Below are positions 55,635-64,000 of a DNA stretch of 64,000 nt, piece by piece. Made by a program: the position numbers and the translations under genes. The notes beneath the pieces are model-generated. The model did not search any database. It was not told the origin of the DNA and saw nothing but the letters and a program-made list of their open reading frames with translations. The stretch spans positions 1-64,000 of IMG/VR virus record IMGVR_UViG_3300022839_000006. One strand, written 5' to 3'. How positions within the stretch are numbered: the first letter of the stretch is position 1; each line of letters begins with the position of its first letter.

Positions 55635-56769
55635 GAATCCGCTTCCGTTTTCGGTTCCTGGTTGCTACCTTGCGGGTGGGGCGATTCTTTCCACAGTAAC
55701 CAAAACAGAAATATCAGATTATGATCTTTACCCAAAGTCTAAAGAGGCGATGATCACGCTGTTCTACATTTTGCAAGAATCGAACTGCTTTGTGGTCAAT
55801 TATTCGGACCGAGCGGTGACATGGAAGTGCAATGACGTTGTAAAAGACAATGGCGAGCGCGGCATCATTCAGGTGATGACGTTTGACACATTTGAAAATC
55901 CCGAAAAGATTTTTGACTTTTTCGATTTCTCTGTTTGTATGGGCGCATTTGACACAGATACGCTTGAATACCATTTTCACAAAGACTTCTGGCCTTCTGT
56001 GGCAAGCAGAACACTGTACTTCAATCCTAAGACAAAATACCCATTAAATAGTCTGACACGCGTCAGTAAGTACACGTCCAAAGGATACCACTTACCTAAG
56101 ACACAGTCGATCAAAATGTCTCTTGCTGTGATCAACTCAGGGATGCCAACATCGTGGGAAGAACTTGAAGCAGCCATTGGCGGATCTTACGGCAGACAGA
56201 TCAAAATTATGGTTACGGATAAAGAATTCTCATACGAAGCTGCATTGGAAATTCTGGGCGATCTTGTTCTTGATATCGATGTAGTGACTGAATCGTACGA
56301 CAAGATTAAGGCCGAACACCTTGAGGTGAGCGTCACTGGCTCGACTGTTCCAATTCTAACAATTCCATACAGTAACAACAGCATGAATTCAAGCTCCAAA
56401 ACATATAAAATAGTTAATGGCGCTGCTGTTCCTATGGACGCTGCTGAAAAGACTGCTTTGACGTTGCTCGGCGTCAATATGGAGGAAATTGACCCTAACA
56501 CGATGTTTAACGGATACAAGTGGATGACACATGTAGATGGCAACACGTATGAAGGACTCTTCAACTTCAAAAGGGTTCAATACACAATGAAAGAAGAAAC
56601 CGGTGAGATCACAGGACTATACAACACTCCTGAAATGGCACTTCAGCCGCCAAGTTCAGCACAAACTTCACTGTGCATGTTTTCATTCGTTGCATCAGAC
56701 ATAACCAGTGCAACGTCGAGAGATTTTCACGTCAAGCGTTCCACATTTCAAGAGGTGGTCAAATGTTGA
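55618..56769 (+). CDS. Pol-beta-superfamily nucleotidyltransferase-like protein
   Basis: YLAGGAILS...ISDYDLY (GG..DxD), FDFSVC, R..KY..KGY. Confidence 0.7.
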   Translation: MSKLPKNPLPFSVPGCYLAGGAILSTVTKTEISDYDLYPKSKEAMITLFYILQESNCFVVNYSDRAVTWKCNDVVKDNGERGIIQVMTFDTFENPEKIFDFFDFSVCMGAFDTDTLEYHFHKDFWPSVASRTLYFNPKTKYPLNSLTRVSKYTSKGYHLPKTQSIKMSLAVINSGMPTSWEELEAAIGGSYGRQIKIMVTDKEFSYEAALEILGDLVLDIDVVTESYDKIKAEHLEVSVTGSTVPILTIPYSNNSMNSSSKTYKIVNGAAVPMDAAEKTALTLLGVNMEEIDPNTMFNGYKWMTHVDGNTYEGLFNFKRVQYTMKEETGEITGLYNTPEMALQPPSSAQTSLCMFSFVASDITSATSRDFHVKRSTFQEVVKC

Positions 56770-57053
56770 AACTCGTAGAAATAGTCCTCCATGTTGTTAG
56801 TTTTCTCACAATGGTCTTGATTAGTCTAGCATTGTGCGGTTTGACTATCTCTGTGTTGTTGGGGATCACAATGTTCTTGACATGGACCGTGCCTGCAGGA
56901 GCGCTGTTCCATTGGGGCATTCTTAGAGGGCTGGTTGTAATATCAATAGGAGTCTCGTTGTGTTGGGCCATTTCGTCTGAAAGCAAGGAATGGGTGGACG
57001 AATCACTTGAGACATTAAAAAACGGACCAATTCAATTTTCAAAGGGAGAATAA
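56763..57053 (+). CDS. Small membrane protein
   Basis: Two hydrophobic helices. Confidence 0.5.
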   Translation: MLKLVEIVLHVVSFLTMVLISLALCGLTISVLLGITMFLTWTVPAGALFHWGILRGLVVISIGVSLCWAISSESKEWVDESLETLKNGPIQFSKGE

Positions 57054-57055
57054 CA

Positions 57056-57223
57056 ATGGCTACAGCAGAACAATACGCAAACTGGTGCATGGGACTAATT
57101 CGAGGAGACGATCACATTGTTGATGATATATATTCAGCAATGTACGATGATGGTTTTATGGACGATGATCAAGAATGGACTATCGTCGATGCCGATGCCG
57201 ATGATGATGATGATGACAGCTAA
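57056..57223 (+). CDS. 55-aa acidic protein (not in ORF track)
   Basis: RBS ggag; MATAEQYANWCMGLIRGDD...DADADDDDDDS. Confidence 0.5.
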   Translation: MATAEQYANWCMGLIRGDDHIVDDIYSAMYDDGFMDDDQEWTIVDADADDDDDDS

Positions 57224-57228
57224 GTTAA

Positions 57229-57260
57229 AATGTGGAGTGTCATAAAAAGCACTCCACATT
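57229..57260 (+). terminator. 11-bp stem hairpin
   Basis: aatgtggagtg...cactccacatt. Confidence 0.55.
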
Positions 57261-57386
57261 ACTGTTGGTTATGTATACGGACGAAGAGCCCAAGTTTGAC
57301 TACAAGGAGCAAGGACTTCCTGTTGCAGATCGCACAGATCTGAAGTAAAGTCAGAGAATATAATTATTAGTTAAGGAACAAGGCAT

Positions 57387-58733
57387 ATGCACGATATTAT
57401 CAATGCTCTGTGTGAAAACAACAGTGCAAACTACAAGCTCGGCGTTCTGAAGGAACATAAGAGCAACGAACAGCTCAAGCGTGTTTTGATGATGACATAC
57501 GACAAGGTTGCATATCGTTACTACATTACGATGAACCATTGGAACAAACCTGAGACATCTCCGTTTGTTTCCAACTCAATCCCAACATTGTCTTTAGACG
57601 ATGCTCTCGACTTTCTGGAGACTAAGCTGTCCACAAGAGAGGTTACAGGCAACGCTGCGATTGAACAGATGGATGTGGTTTTTAGGTCTCTCTCTGATGA
57701 AGATCGCAGTGTAATGACGAAGGTGTTGAACCGCGATCTTCGGATTAATTGTGGACGAACACAGATTAATAAGGTGTTTCCGAGCCTGATTAATAGGCCC
57801 GTTTACATGCGCTGCGGAATCTACAACAAAGACACTGCAAAGAAGATTAATGTTGTAGGGGCCATTGTTCAGCTCAAAGCGGACGGCACGTATCGCGAGT
57901 TCGTGTGTGATGCAAGTGGCACGTCATCAAGCTCGCGATCGGGTGAAGAATATGAATATCCTGTGCACTTTGATCTAATGAAGGATTATCCAAACGGACA
58001 CTATTTTGGAGAATTGACAGTGATCAACGAAGACGGCACTGTGATGAATCGCGCTGAGGGCAATGGTCTTATCAACAGCAGTGCACCTCCTCATAGTCAA
58101 ATCGTGTTCGACGTTTGGGATTACGTCACTCCCGAAGAGTATGCGACAGCTACGAAGAAAGAGAAGTGCAAGACACCATACGCCACACGATTGGCAGAGT
58201 TGCGCAAAATTCTTATTGACAATACATCTCCACAAATCAGACTGATCGAAACGCATGTTGTAAACACCATGAGCGAAGCTCTTGGACACTGTATGAAATG
58301 GATGAACGATGGACTTGAGGGTGCAATTCTAAAGGACTCGAACTCTGTGTTCCGTGACGGCACCAACCCACAACAATTGAAGTTGAAGCTGGTCATTGAT
58401 CTTGATTTGAGGATTGTAGGATTCCAAGAAGGCACTGTTGGAACGTCACGCGAAAAAACATTCGGTGCAATTGTGTTTGAGTCTGACGATGGCAAGATTA
58501 AAGGTCGAACATCAGGGTTCACAGATGCACTATTGAAAGATTTCAATTCCCGTCGTGCAGAAATGATCGGCAAGATTATTACAGTCCAATGCAATGATAT
58601 TACAAAGGGACGAGACAACGATTTTTACGCTCTCTCCCACCCACGGTTTATTGAGGTTCGTGATGATAGAACAGATACAGACACGCTCCAACGTGCTCTC
58701 GAGACCAAGAGAATGGCAATGGATCTGTCTTGA
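57387..58733 (+). CDS. 30: ATP-dependent DNA ligase gp30
   Basis: QLKADG, YFGEL, FDVWD, LEGAILK, LKLK, FGAIVF, GRTSGF, SHPRF. Confidence 0.93.
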   Translation: MHDIINALCENNSANYKLGVLKEHKSNEQLKRVLMMTYDKVAYRYYITMNHWNKPETSPFVSNSIPTLSLDDALDFLETKLSTREVTGNAAIEQMDVVFRSLSDEDRSVMTKVLNRDLRINCGRTQINKVFPSLINRPVYMRCGIYNKDTAKKINVVGAIVQLKADGTYREFVCDASGTSSSSRSGEEYEYPVHFDLMKDYPNGHYFGELTVINEDGTVMNRAEGNGLINSSAPPHSQIVFDVWDYVTPEEYATATKKEKCKTPYATRLAELRKILIDNTSPQIRLIETHVVNTMSEALGHCMKWMNDGLEGAILKDSNSVFRDGTNPQQLKLKLVIDLDLRIVGFQEGTVGTSREKTFGAIVFESDDGKIKGRTSGFTDALLKDFNSRRAEMIGKIITVQCNDITKGRDNDFYALSHPRFIEVRDDRTDTDTLQRALETKRMAMDLS

Positions 58734-58776
58734 AAATGTCGTTGATTTACATCTTTAACTGGCGTAAGATGTAAGC

Positions 58777-58959
58777 ATGGAACAATACTTCTTGCTGTTA
58801 TCCCTTGCTGTTTTAATCGTGATCTTCGTCAGGGGGACATTTATCGTGTTCAGTCAAAACTTCTTGATGGCAACAATGTTGCTCTTCGTGCTCCCCCCAT
58901 TACTTTTTGTTTGGATCGTGTATGTGGGCATTTTCATGAGAACTCAAGATCCAACATAG
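58777..58959 (+). CDS. Small membrane protein
   Basis: Two TM segments, LPPLLFVW. Confidence 0.5.
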   Translation: MEQYFLLLSLAVLIVIFVRGTFIVFSQNFLMATMLLFVLPPLLFVWIVYVGIFMRTQDPT

Positions 58960-59586
58960 TAACAACATAAAGGACGAATAAAATGAACGATTTAGTATAT
59001 TACATTGTCGGAAACGTGGTTTTGTTTGGATCAGCGTATGCATTTGGCACTGGTCTGCAACGTTGGTACGACAAATATGCAGAGTCATGGATGGAGCGTG
59101 ACGAGAAAAATTGATCGTGTGGCGGACCTATCCGAGAACAGGCCACAGCAGACCACTTGTACAAAAAATGTACAAGTGGCCACCAAAATCGTTTTTGAGT
59201 GTGTGGCGTACCCATTAAAGTAGGAGATTGTGAACAATGACAAAAGATCTACCAACACTACCACGATGTGGGCATTTTCATGAGAATTCAAGATCCAACA
59301 ACGACGTGCAAAATACGCCACCAGAAGCATATCTTGAGGGAATAAAGGCTTTGGGTCGAGTGATAAACGATTATCGTGATTGTCTGGCATTTAAAGGCTA
59401 TATTCTACACGGCAGCGTCGAAAGTTCTGATCTGTACGCGAAGAAAGAGATCTTCGTACTGTGAAAGTCAACTGTTGACTTGGACGATCGAACCTTCATT
59501 GTGCGTTGAGAGCATGAAAGAATCACAGCTGGAACGCGGTCAAGAAACTACAAACACGTCCACAATTTTTAACAATGAGGTAAATT

Positions 59587-60051
59587 ATGAGACAACTATT
59601 TTTAGACTGCGATGGCGTTCTTGCTGATTTTGACAAGCAGTTTGTATTGCTTGCAGGGACAACAGGTCAAACATACGAAGACGAACACGGTTCTGGAACT
59701 TTTTGGAATCTGATACAAAATTCCAAAAAGTTCTTTGAGGACATGCCTCTTATGTCCGACGCTCTTGAGCTGTATGCTGCTGTAAAACATCATCGCCCTA
59801 TCATACTCACAGGATGTCCACGCGGGACCTGGTCTGTTCAGCAGAAGCTGATCTGGCGTGACAAACACTTCAAGGGCGTTCCAATGGTCACGTGCTTGTC
59901 TAGGGATAAGGTAGATTACTGTCAGCCAGGAGACGTCCTCGTCGATGATTTCTTGAAGCACAGCCAGAAGTGGATTGATGGCGGAGGAGTGTTTGTTCAC
60001 CACACCAATACACCTTCGACATTGCAACAATTGAGCCAAATTGACCTTTGA
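59587..60051 (+). CDS. HAD-family 5'(3')-deoxyribonucleotidase-like protein
   Basis: LFLDCDGVLADF, ILTGCP, QKLIW, LVDD, WIDGGG.FVHH. Confidence 0.85.
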   Translation: MRQLFLDCDGVLADFDKQFVLLAGTTGQTYEDEHGSGTFWNLIQNSKKFFEDMPLMSDALELYAAVKHHRPIILTGCPRGTWSVQQKLIWRDKHFKGVPMVTCLSRDKVDYCQPGDVLVDDFLKHSQKWIDGGGVFVHHTNTPSTLQQLSQIDL

Positions 60052-60288
60052 CATGGTAGGAGAACAAAAAATACTGATTGACACTCCTTGACAGATATGC
60101 TACGTTTAATGTATAAGGAAGGGGAATCACTATGTAAACCTTCTACAGAAACGATTTCTTTGTAGAAGGTAGGCATTATGAGCGGTTCAGTGGAAACAGT
60201 ATGATAGATGAAGTGTTTTACTTGAAGAGTATGGGTTATACAGTCGAGTGGTGAAAAACTTCTTTGTGAAACAGGTTTAGGAAAAACT

Positions 60289-60543
60289 ATGAAAATGGCT
60301 GAAAACGATTTCAACCAACTCAAAGAGATTATTATTGAAAATGATAATATCCACGGTCTAAAAACATCAGATTGGGTTGAACAAGCTAAAATTAATGGCT
60401 GGTCTGATAAACGTATGCGGTGGGATATGGTTTGGAGTGTAGGCCGTGAAAAGCGGCAAACTTGGTTCGACAAAGTTTACCAGTATCTTGATGACGATCA
60501 CATTGATACCGCGCTTCGTAAAATTGTACAGCAAATGACTTGA
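60289..60543 (+). CDS. Hypothetical protein
   Basis: RMRWDM.W...YQYLDDDHIDTALRKI pattern. Confidence 0.6.
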   Translation: MKMAENDFNQLKEIIIENDNIHGLKTSDWVEQAKINGWSDKRMRWDMVWSVGREKRQTWFDKVYQYLDDDHIDTALRKIVQQMT

Positions 60544-60870
60544 CACTATATGTTAAACGAGTTGAAAAGTTGATGATGTTATGATTCGTCCAGCAAACAA
60601 TTTTTTCAATATCAGTGAGCGTGAAGGATTGAAAAATGAGTAAATTATCCTATCCTGCAAATAAACCATATGTTGCTGGATATTATGGCGTTCTATACAA
60701 CAACCCTGAAAAAGACGGCCAGGAATATCCAAATGTTTGTGGTGGAACACACATCATTTCGTGTGGCATATTCCTGGCACGGACCAACATGTCACTGTGT
60801 TTTTCCTGAAACATGCCACAGATATTACACTACAAGTGTGCAATTATTAACAACATAAAGGACGAATAAA

Positions 60871-61350
60871 ATGAACAAATTGACATGGGCACGTGATGAA
60901 TTGCGACGTGCGGGATATAGCACAGACGATCCTGAAGACGGTCCAGACAAGTGGATCGCCGAGAATGTAATTCAACTGCTCCAAGTATTTTCGGAACAGG
61001 GACACAGTGGCTCTTCAGCACCGTTTGCAATTAGAATTTTTGAGCAGCTTGCATCATGGAAACCGCTTACACCGCTTACAGGCAATGATGAAGAGTGGCA
61101 ACATTTCGACAATGAAAGTATCAGCCAAAATATTCGCGATTCGTCAGTGTTCAAAAACATTGACGGTGTTGCATATTGGACTGAAGGTAAAGTGTTCTGG
61201 GAATGGTTTTCTTATGAAGGTGGTGAGCCCTACAAATCGTATTTTACAAATTCGGAGAGTAGTGTGGACGTTGCATTTCCGTGGTCGAGACCTGACTCCC
61301 CCCAGTACGTTTTCAAACCAAATAGCACTTACCCAAACGAAGAGCGCTAA
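60871..61350 (+). CDS. Conserved hypothetical phage protein
   Basis: FSEQGHSGSSAPFA...LASWKPLTPLTGNDEEW...QNIR.SSVFK. Confidence 0.75.
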   Translation: MNKLTWARDELRRAGYSTDDPEDGPDKWIAENVIQLLQVFSEQGHSGSSAPFAIRIFEQLASWKPLTPLTGNDEEWQHFDNESISQNIRDSSVFKNIDGVAYWTEGKVFWEWFSYEGGEPYKSYFTNSESSVDVAFPWSRPDSPQYVFKPNSTYPNEER

Positions 61351-61466
61351 TTAGAAAGAACAAAAGAAAATGGTGATACTTGCCTTACTTGGCGCTATTA
61401 TGGTTGGTTGTATTGTTGGATATGGAGTAATGACTCTTTCCTACAATCTCATGCTAAAGAACAAAA

Positions 61467-62336
61467 ATGGAAAAGGAACAAAAAACGATGATAATTAAAA
61501 TTGTCAGTGCAGTGTTTGCAGGGATTCTAGCTCTTACAGTCGTAGGTGGAAGTTGGTACACGGTCGATCAAGGTGAACTAGGTGTCCAGCTCCGCAACGG
61601 TGCTTTGGTTGGTGTGGCTGAGCCAGGGCTTGGTTTCAAAGTGCCCGTGATCGACAAAGTTGTTGACATTGACCTTCGCAGCCAAGTCAAAATCTACGAA
61701 AATGTTTTGACGTATAGCCGCGATCAGCAGACAGCAAGTCTTACTGTTAGCGTAAACTTTCGAGTGCCACCTGGCGAGGTCGTTAGCGTCTATCAAGATT
61801 ATGGAAGTGTGGAACGTCTTGCTGATAGACTACTCGATCGTCAAGTCATGGACGAAACTAAGAATGTTTTTGGTCGGTTTAATGCAGTGACTGCTATTCA
61901 AGAGCGGAGCAGACTTGTAGTGGAGATTCAACAGGCAATTCAAGAAAGTGTCGATGGCCCAATCACAATTGAGAGCGTACAAGTCGAAAACATTGATTTT
62001 GATGATAGCTATGAAAGAGCGATTGCTGCACGGATGGAAGCAGAGGTAGAAGTTCAAAGGATTGGCCAGAATGCAGAGCGCGAAAAGGTGCAGGCGCAAA
62101 TTAAAGTGATTCAAGCAGAGGCAGATGCAGCATCCCGTGTGGCACAAGCGACCGCAGAAGCACAGGCAATCACTCTTCTTGGCAATGCTGAGGCAGAGGC
62201 GATCAAAGCAAGGGGCAACGCACTTCGCGATAACCCAAATCTTGTCAGTCTTGTTCAAGCAGAGCGCTGGGACGGCAAGCTACCAACGACAATGTTGCCC
62301 GATATTACAGTACCATTCATGAACATGAGTAACTGA
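61467..62336 (+). CDS. SPFH/prohibitin (band 7) membrane protein
   Basis: N-terminal TM, GE.GV..R.G, PGLGFK.P..D.V, Ala/Glu coiled coil, ERWDGKLP. Confidence 0.9.
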   Translation: MEKEQKTMIIKIVSAVFAGILALTVVGGSWYTVDQGELGVQLRNGALVGVAEPGLGFKVPVIDKVVDIDLRSQVKIYENVLTYSRDQQTASLTVSVNFRVPPGEVVSVYQDYGSVERLADRLLDRQVMDETKNVFGRFNAVTAIQERSRLVVEIQQAIQESVDGPITIESVQVENIDFDDSYERAIAARMEAEVEVQRIGQNAEREKVQAQIKVIQAEADAASRVAQATAEAQAITLLGNAEAEAIKARGNALRDNPNLVSLVQAERWDGKLPTTMLPDITVPFMNMSN

Positions 62337-62682
62337 TCTTGAACCTTGGCATTGCAATGATTGTCGCGTATATTCCACTCTTCTATTGGATGATACACGA
62401 GGCTGTTAGGCAGAAAAAAGATTTGAAAAAGATTCGACGACAACCTCGTGTTGAGGTGATCACCTCGACATATTATTCCTGACGGAGATGCTAATTTGTG
62501 CTGTACAAACAACACAAAGAATATTACGATGCAATCTGATCGGCACGTTCTCTTATCTGGAAGATTTCACAACTGAAACATCTTGTGAAATCTTCCAGAC
62601 TGGCATCGACGATGTCGTTGTATTTGATTCTGTTGGACAGACTGCTTTTCGAACAAAAAAGACCACACAATAGAGGTGCAAA

Positions 62683-63291
62683 ATGAACTACAAATTTCCT
62701 GAAATTAAAACGCTATCTGATGTTCTCCCTCACGTTGAGGGGAGGTCAGAGTTTGTTGTGGCTGAACGTGTGTTTGGCACTGTAGTCAATTATATGGTTG
62801 CAAAGAAAGACACGTTCGATATGAGTGGTCCTGATGATGTGGGTGGTGCGATTCGTCGTGAATGTCGTGGCATCAAATTTGACTTGGATGGAAACATCAT
62901 AGCAAGACCCTTCCATAAGTTTTTCAACGTCGGCGAAAGAGAGGAGACACATCCTAACGTGCTGGACTTTTCCGTTGACCACACTGTCTATACAAAGGAA
63001 GACGGTAGCATGGCACATCCCATCATGTTCAACGGCACTGTACGGTGGTGCACCAAGATGGGACTGACAGACGTGTCTGCTTATATGGACACGTTCTGCG
63101 CGAAGAACCCCAAATACAATCAGTTTGCACGTGATTGCATTGCAGATGGCTACACGCCACTTTTTGAGTATGTGGGACCATTTAACAAAGTGGTAATTGA
63201 GCACAAAGAAGAGAATATGGTGTTGCTTGCTGTACGAAATACCATTACAGGCGAATTTGTCAACATAAACAAGGAGAATGCTAAATGGTGA
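62683..63291 (+). CDS. rnlA: RNA ligase 1 (Rnl1-like), 5' part
   Basis: RRECRGIKFD, RPFHKFFN, motif I KEDGS, motif III FEYVG, IIIa LLAVR; frame ends before motifs IV and V. Confidence 0.85.
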   Translation: MNYKFPEIKTLSDVLPHVEGRSEFVVAERVFGTVVNYMVAKKDTFDMSGPDDVGGAIRRECRGIKFDLDGNIIARPFHKFFNVGEREETHPNVLDFSVDHTVYTKEDGSMAHPIMFNGTVRWCTKMGLTDVSAYMDTFCAKNPKYNQFARDCIADGYTPLFEYVGPFNKVVIEHKEENMVLLAVRNTITGEFVNINKENAKW

Positions 63292-63667
63292 ATGTTGGAG
63301 CACAAGGTGAACTGCGGGGATTACACTCTATGGATATATTCGTCTCAAACATTCCTTGCACAACTTCCCGAGAGTGTGTACCAGCACCTACCAATTCGCA
63401 CATAAACCATAGAAGTTGATATACAGTGCGACGAGTCGTTAAAGAAAATCGTGTGAAGACTTATTTTGAACAAATTGCCAACAATCGTAAAAGAGCGTGT
63501 TCTTTGGTCTCGCAACTGTGGACAACACGTCCACAATCAGTTATCGTTACCCATCGGACAATAGGTTTATAGACAAATCCTACTCAACGTTCAACATCAG
63601 ATATCAGTCGTCAACTCAACTCAACTGATATCTGATGTAAGTTAATAGAATTATACATTTAAGAGGG
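63261..63667 (+). other. About 400-nt intervening sequence in the RNA ligase gene, group I intron-like (boundaries inferred)
   Basis: P-like GGTGAACTGCGGGGA 63306-63320, Q-like CCAATTCGCA 63391-63400, R-like GTGCGACGAGTC 63426-63437, S-like TACTC 63581-63585, 15-bp stem 63594-63638. Confidence 0.5.
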
Positions 63668-63671
63668 ACTC

Positions 63672-64000
63672 ATGGACATCATAGAAAAAATCAAAACGTA
63701 CGACATTCCTGTTGTAGTGTCACATGGTAGGTATACTTCTGCAGAAGCATTGCTCGAATTTACTCGTCCTCTTGAGGGCATCGAGGGGTTTGTCGTTGAC
63801 TTTGACGGCCACAAGGTGAAGGTCAAGGCTGATCAGTATGTCACGCTTCATAGGGTGAAGGACCAGATTCGAACCGAACGTCACATTCTTGAGATCATCA
63901 TTAATGGAAAACTCGACGATGTTCTCCCTATCCTAGACGCAACAGATCGAGTAACCGTTGAAGAATACCAACAGCGTTTTAACGTGGGGTTCGACGCAGT
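63672..64000 (+). CDS. rnlA: RNA ligase 1, 3' part (runs off the window; not in ORF track)
   Basis: MDIIEKIKTYDIPVV...motif IV EGFVV, motif V KVKADQYVTLHR...LDDV. Confidence 0.8.
   Translation, partial: MDIIEKIKTYDIPVVVSHGRYTSAEALLEFTRPLEGIEGFVVDFDGHKVKVKADQYVTLHRVKDQIRTERHILEIIINGKLDDVLPILDATDRVTVEEYQQRFNVGFDA

Noticed and set aside
1-64000. Stop-codon reassignment explaining the split genes
   Set aside because: Core genes are full length under the standard code, and TAA, TAG and TGA all end recognisable proteins

Overview
A 64 kb segment of a large T4-superfamily myophage. It is not a bacterial chromosome. The host is probably an alphaproteobacterium, because the phage carries an intact Shemin-pathway 5-aminolevulinate synthase of Rhodobacter type. 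About 1.8-30 kb is core: gp33, gp59, gp32, uvsX, gp41, a run of probable virion/internal proteins, a lysis module (GH19 endolysin, spanins, holin candidate), gp61 primase, frd, td and nrdB/nrdA. About 30-64 kb is a mosaic accessory region with clpP, a minus-strand structural cassette, NAD salvage genes (nadM-Nudix, nadV), a tRNA-Phe, foreign fragments from other phage lineages, dda, DNA ligase and an interrupted RNA ligase. The most striking feature is the density of broken-and-rejoined genes. Two adjacent replication genes are fractured by split inteins: uvsX with a free-standing GIY-YIG endonuclease between its halves, and gp41 with in-frame halves separated by a single TAA. The two intein pairs show opposite charge polarity. 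nrdA has a cis mini-intein, and the RNA ligase gene is interrupted by a ~400 nt element resembling a group I intron. All family assignments come from motif recognition by eye; no database search was run.
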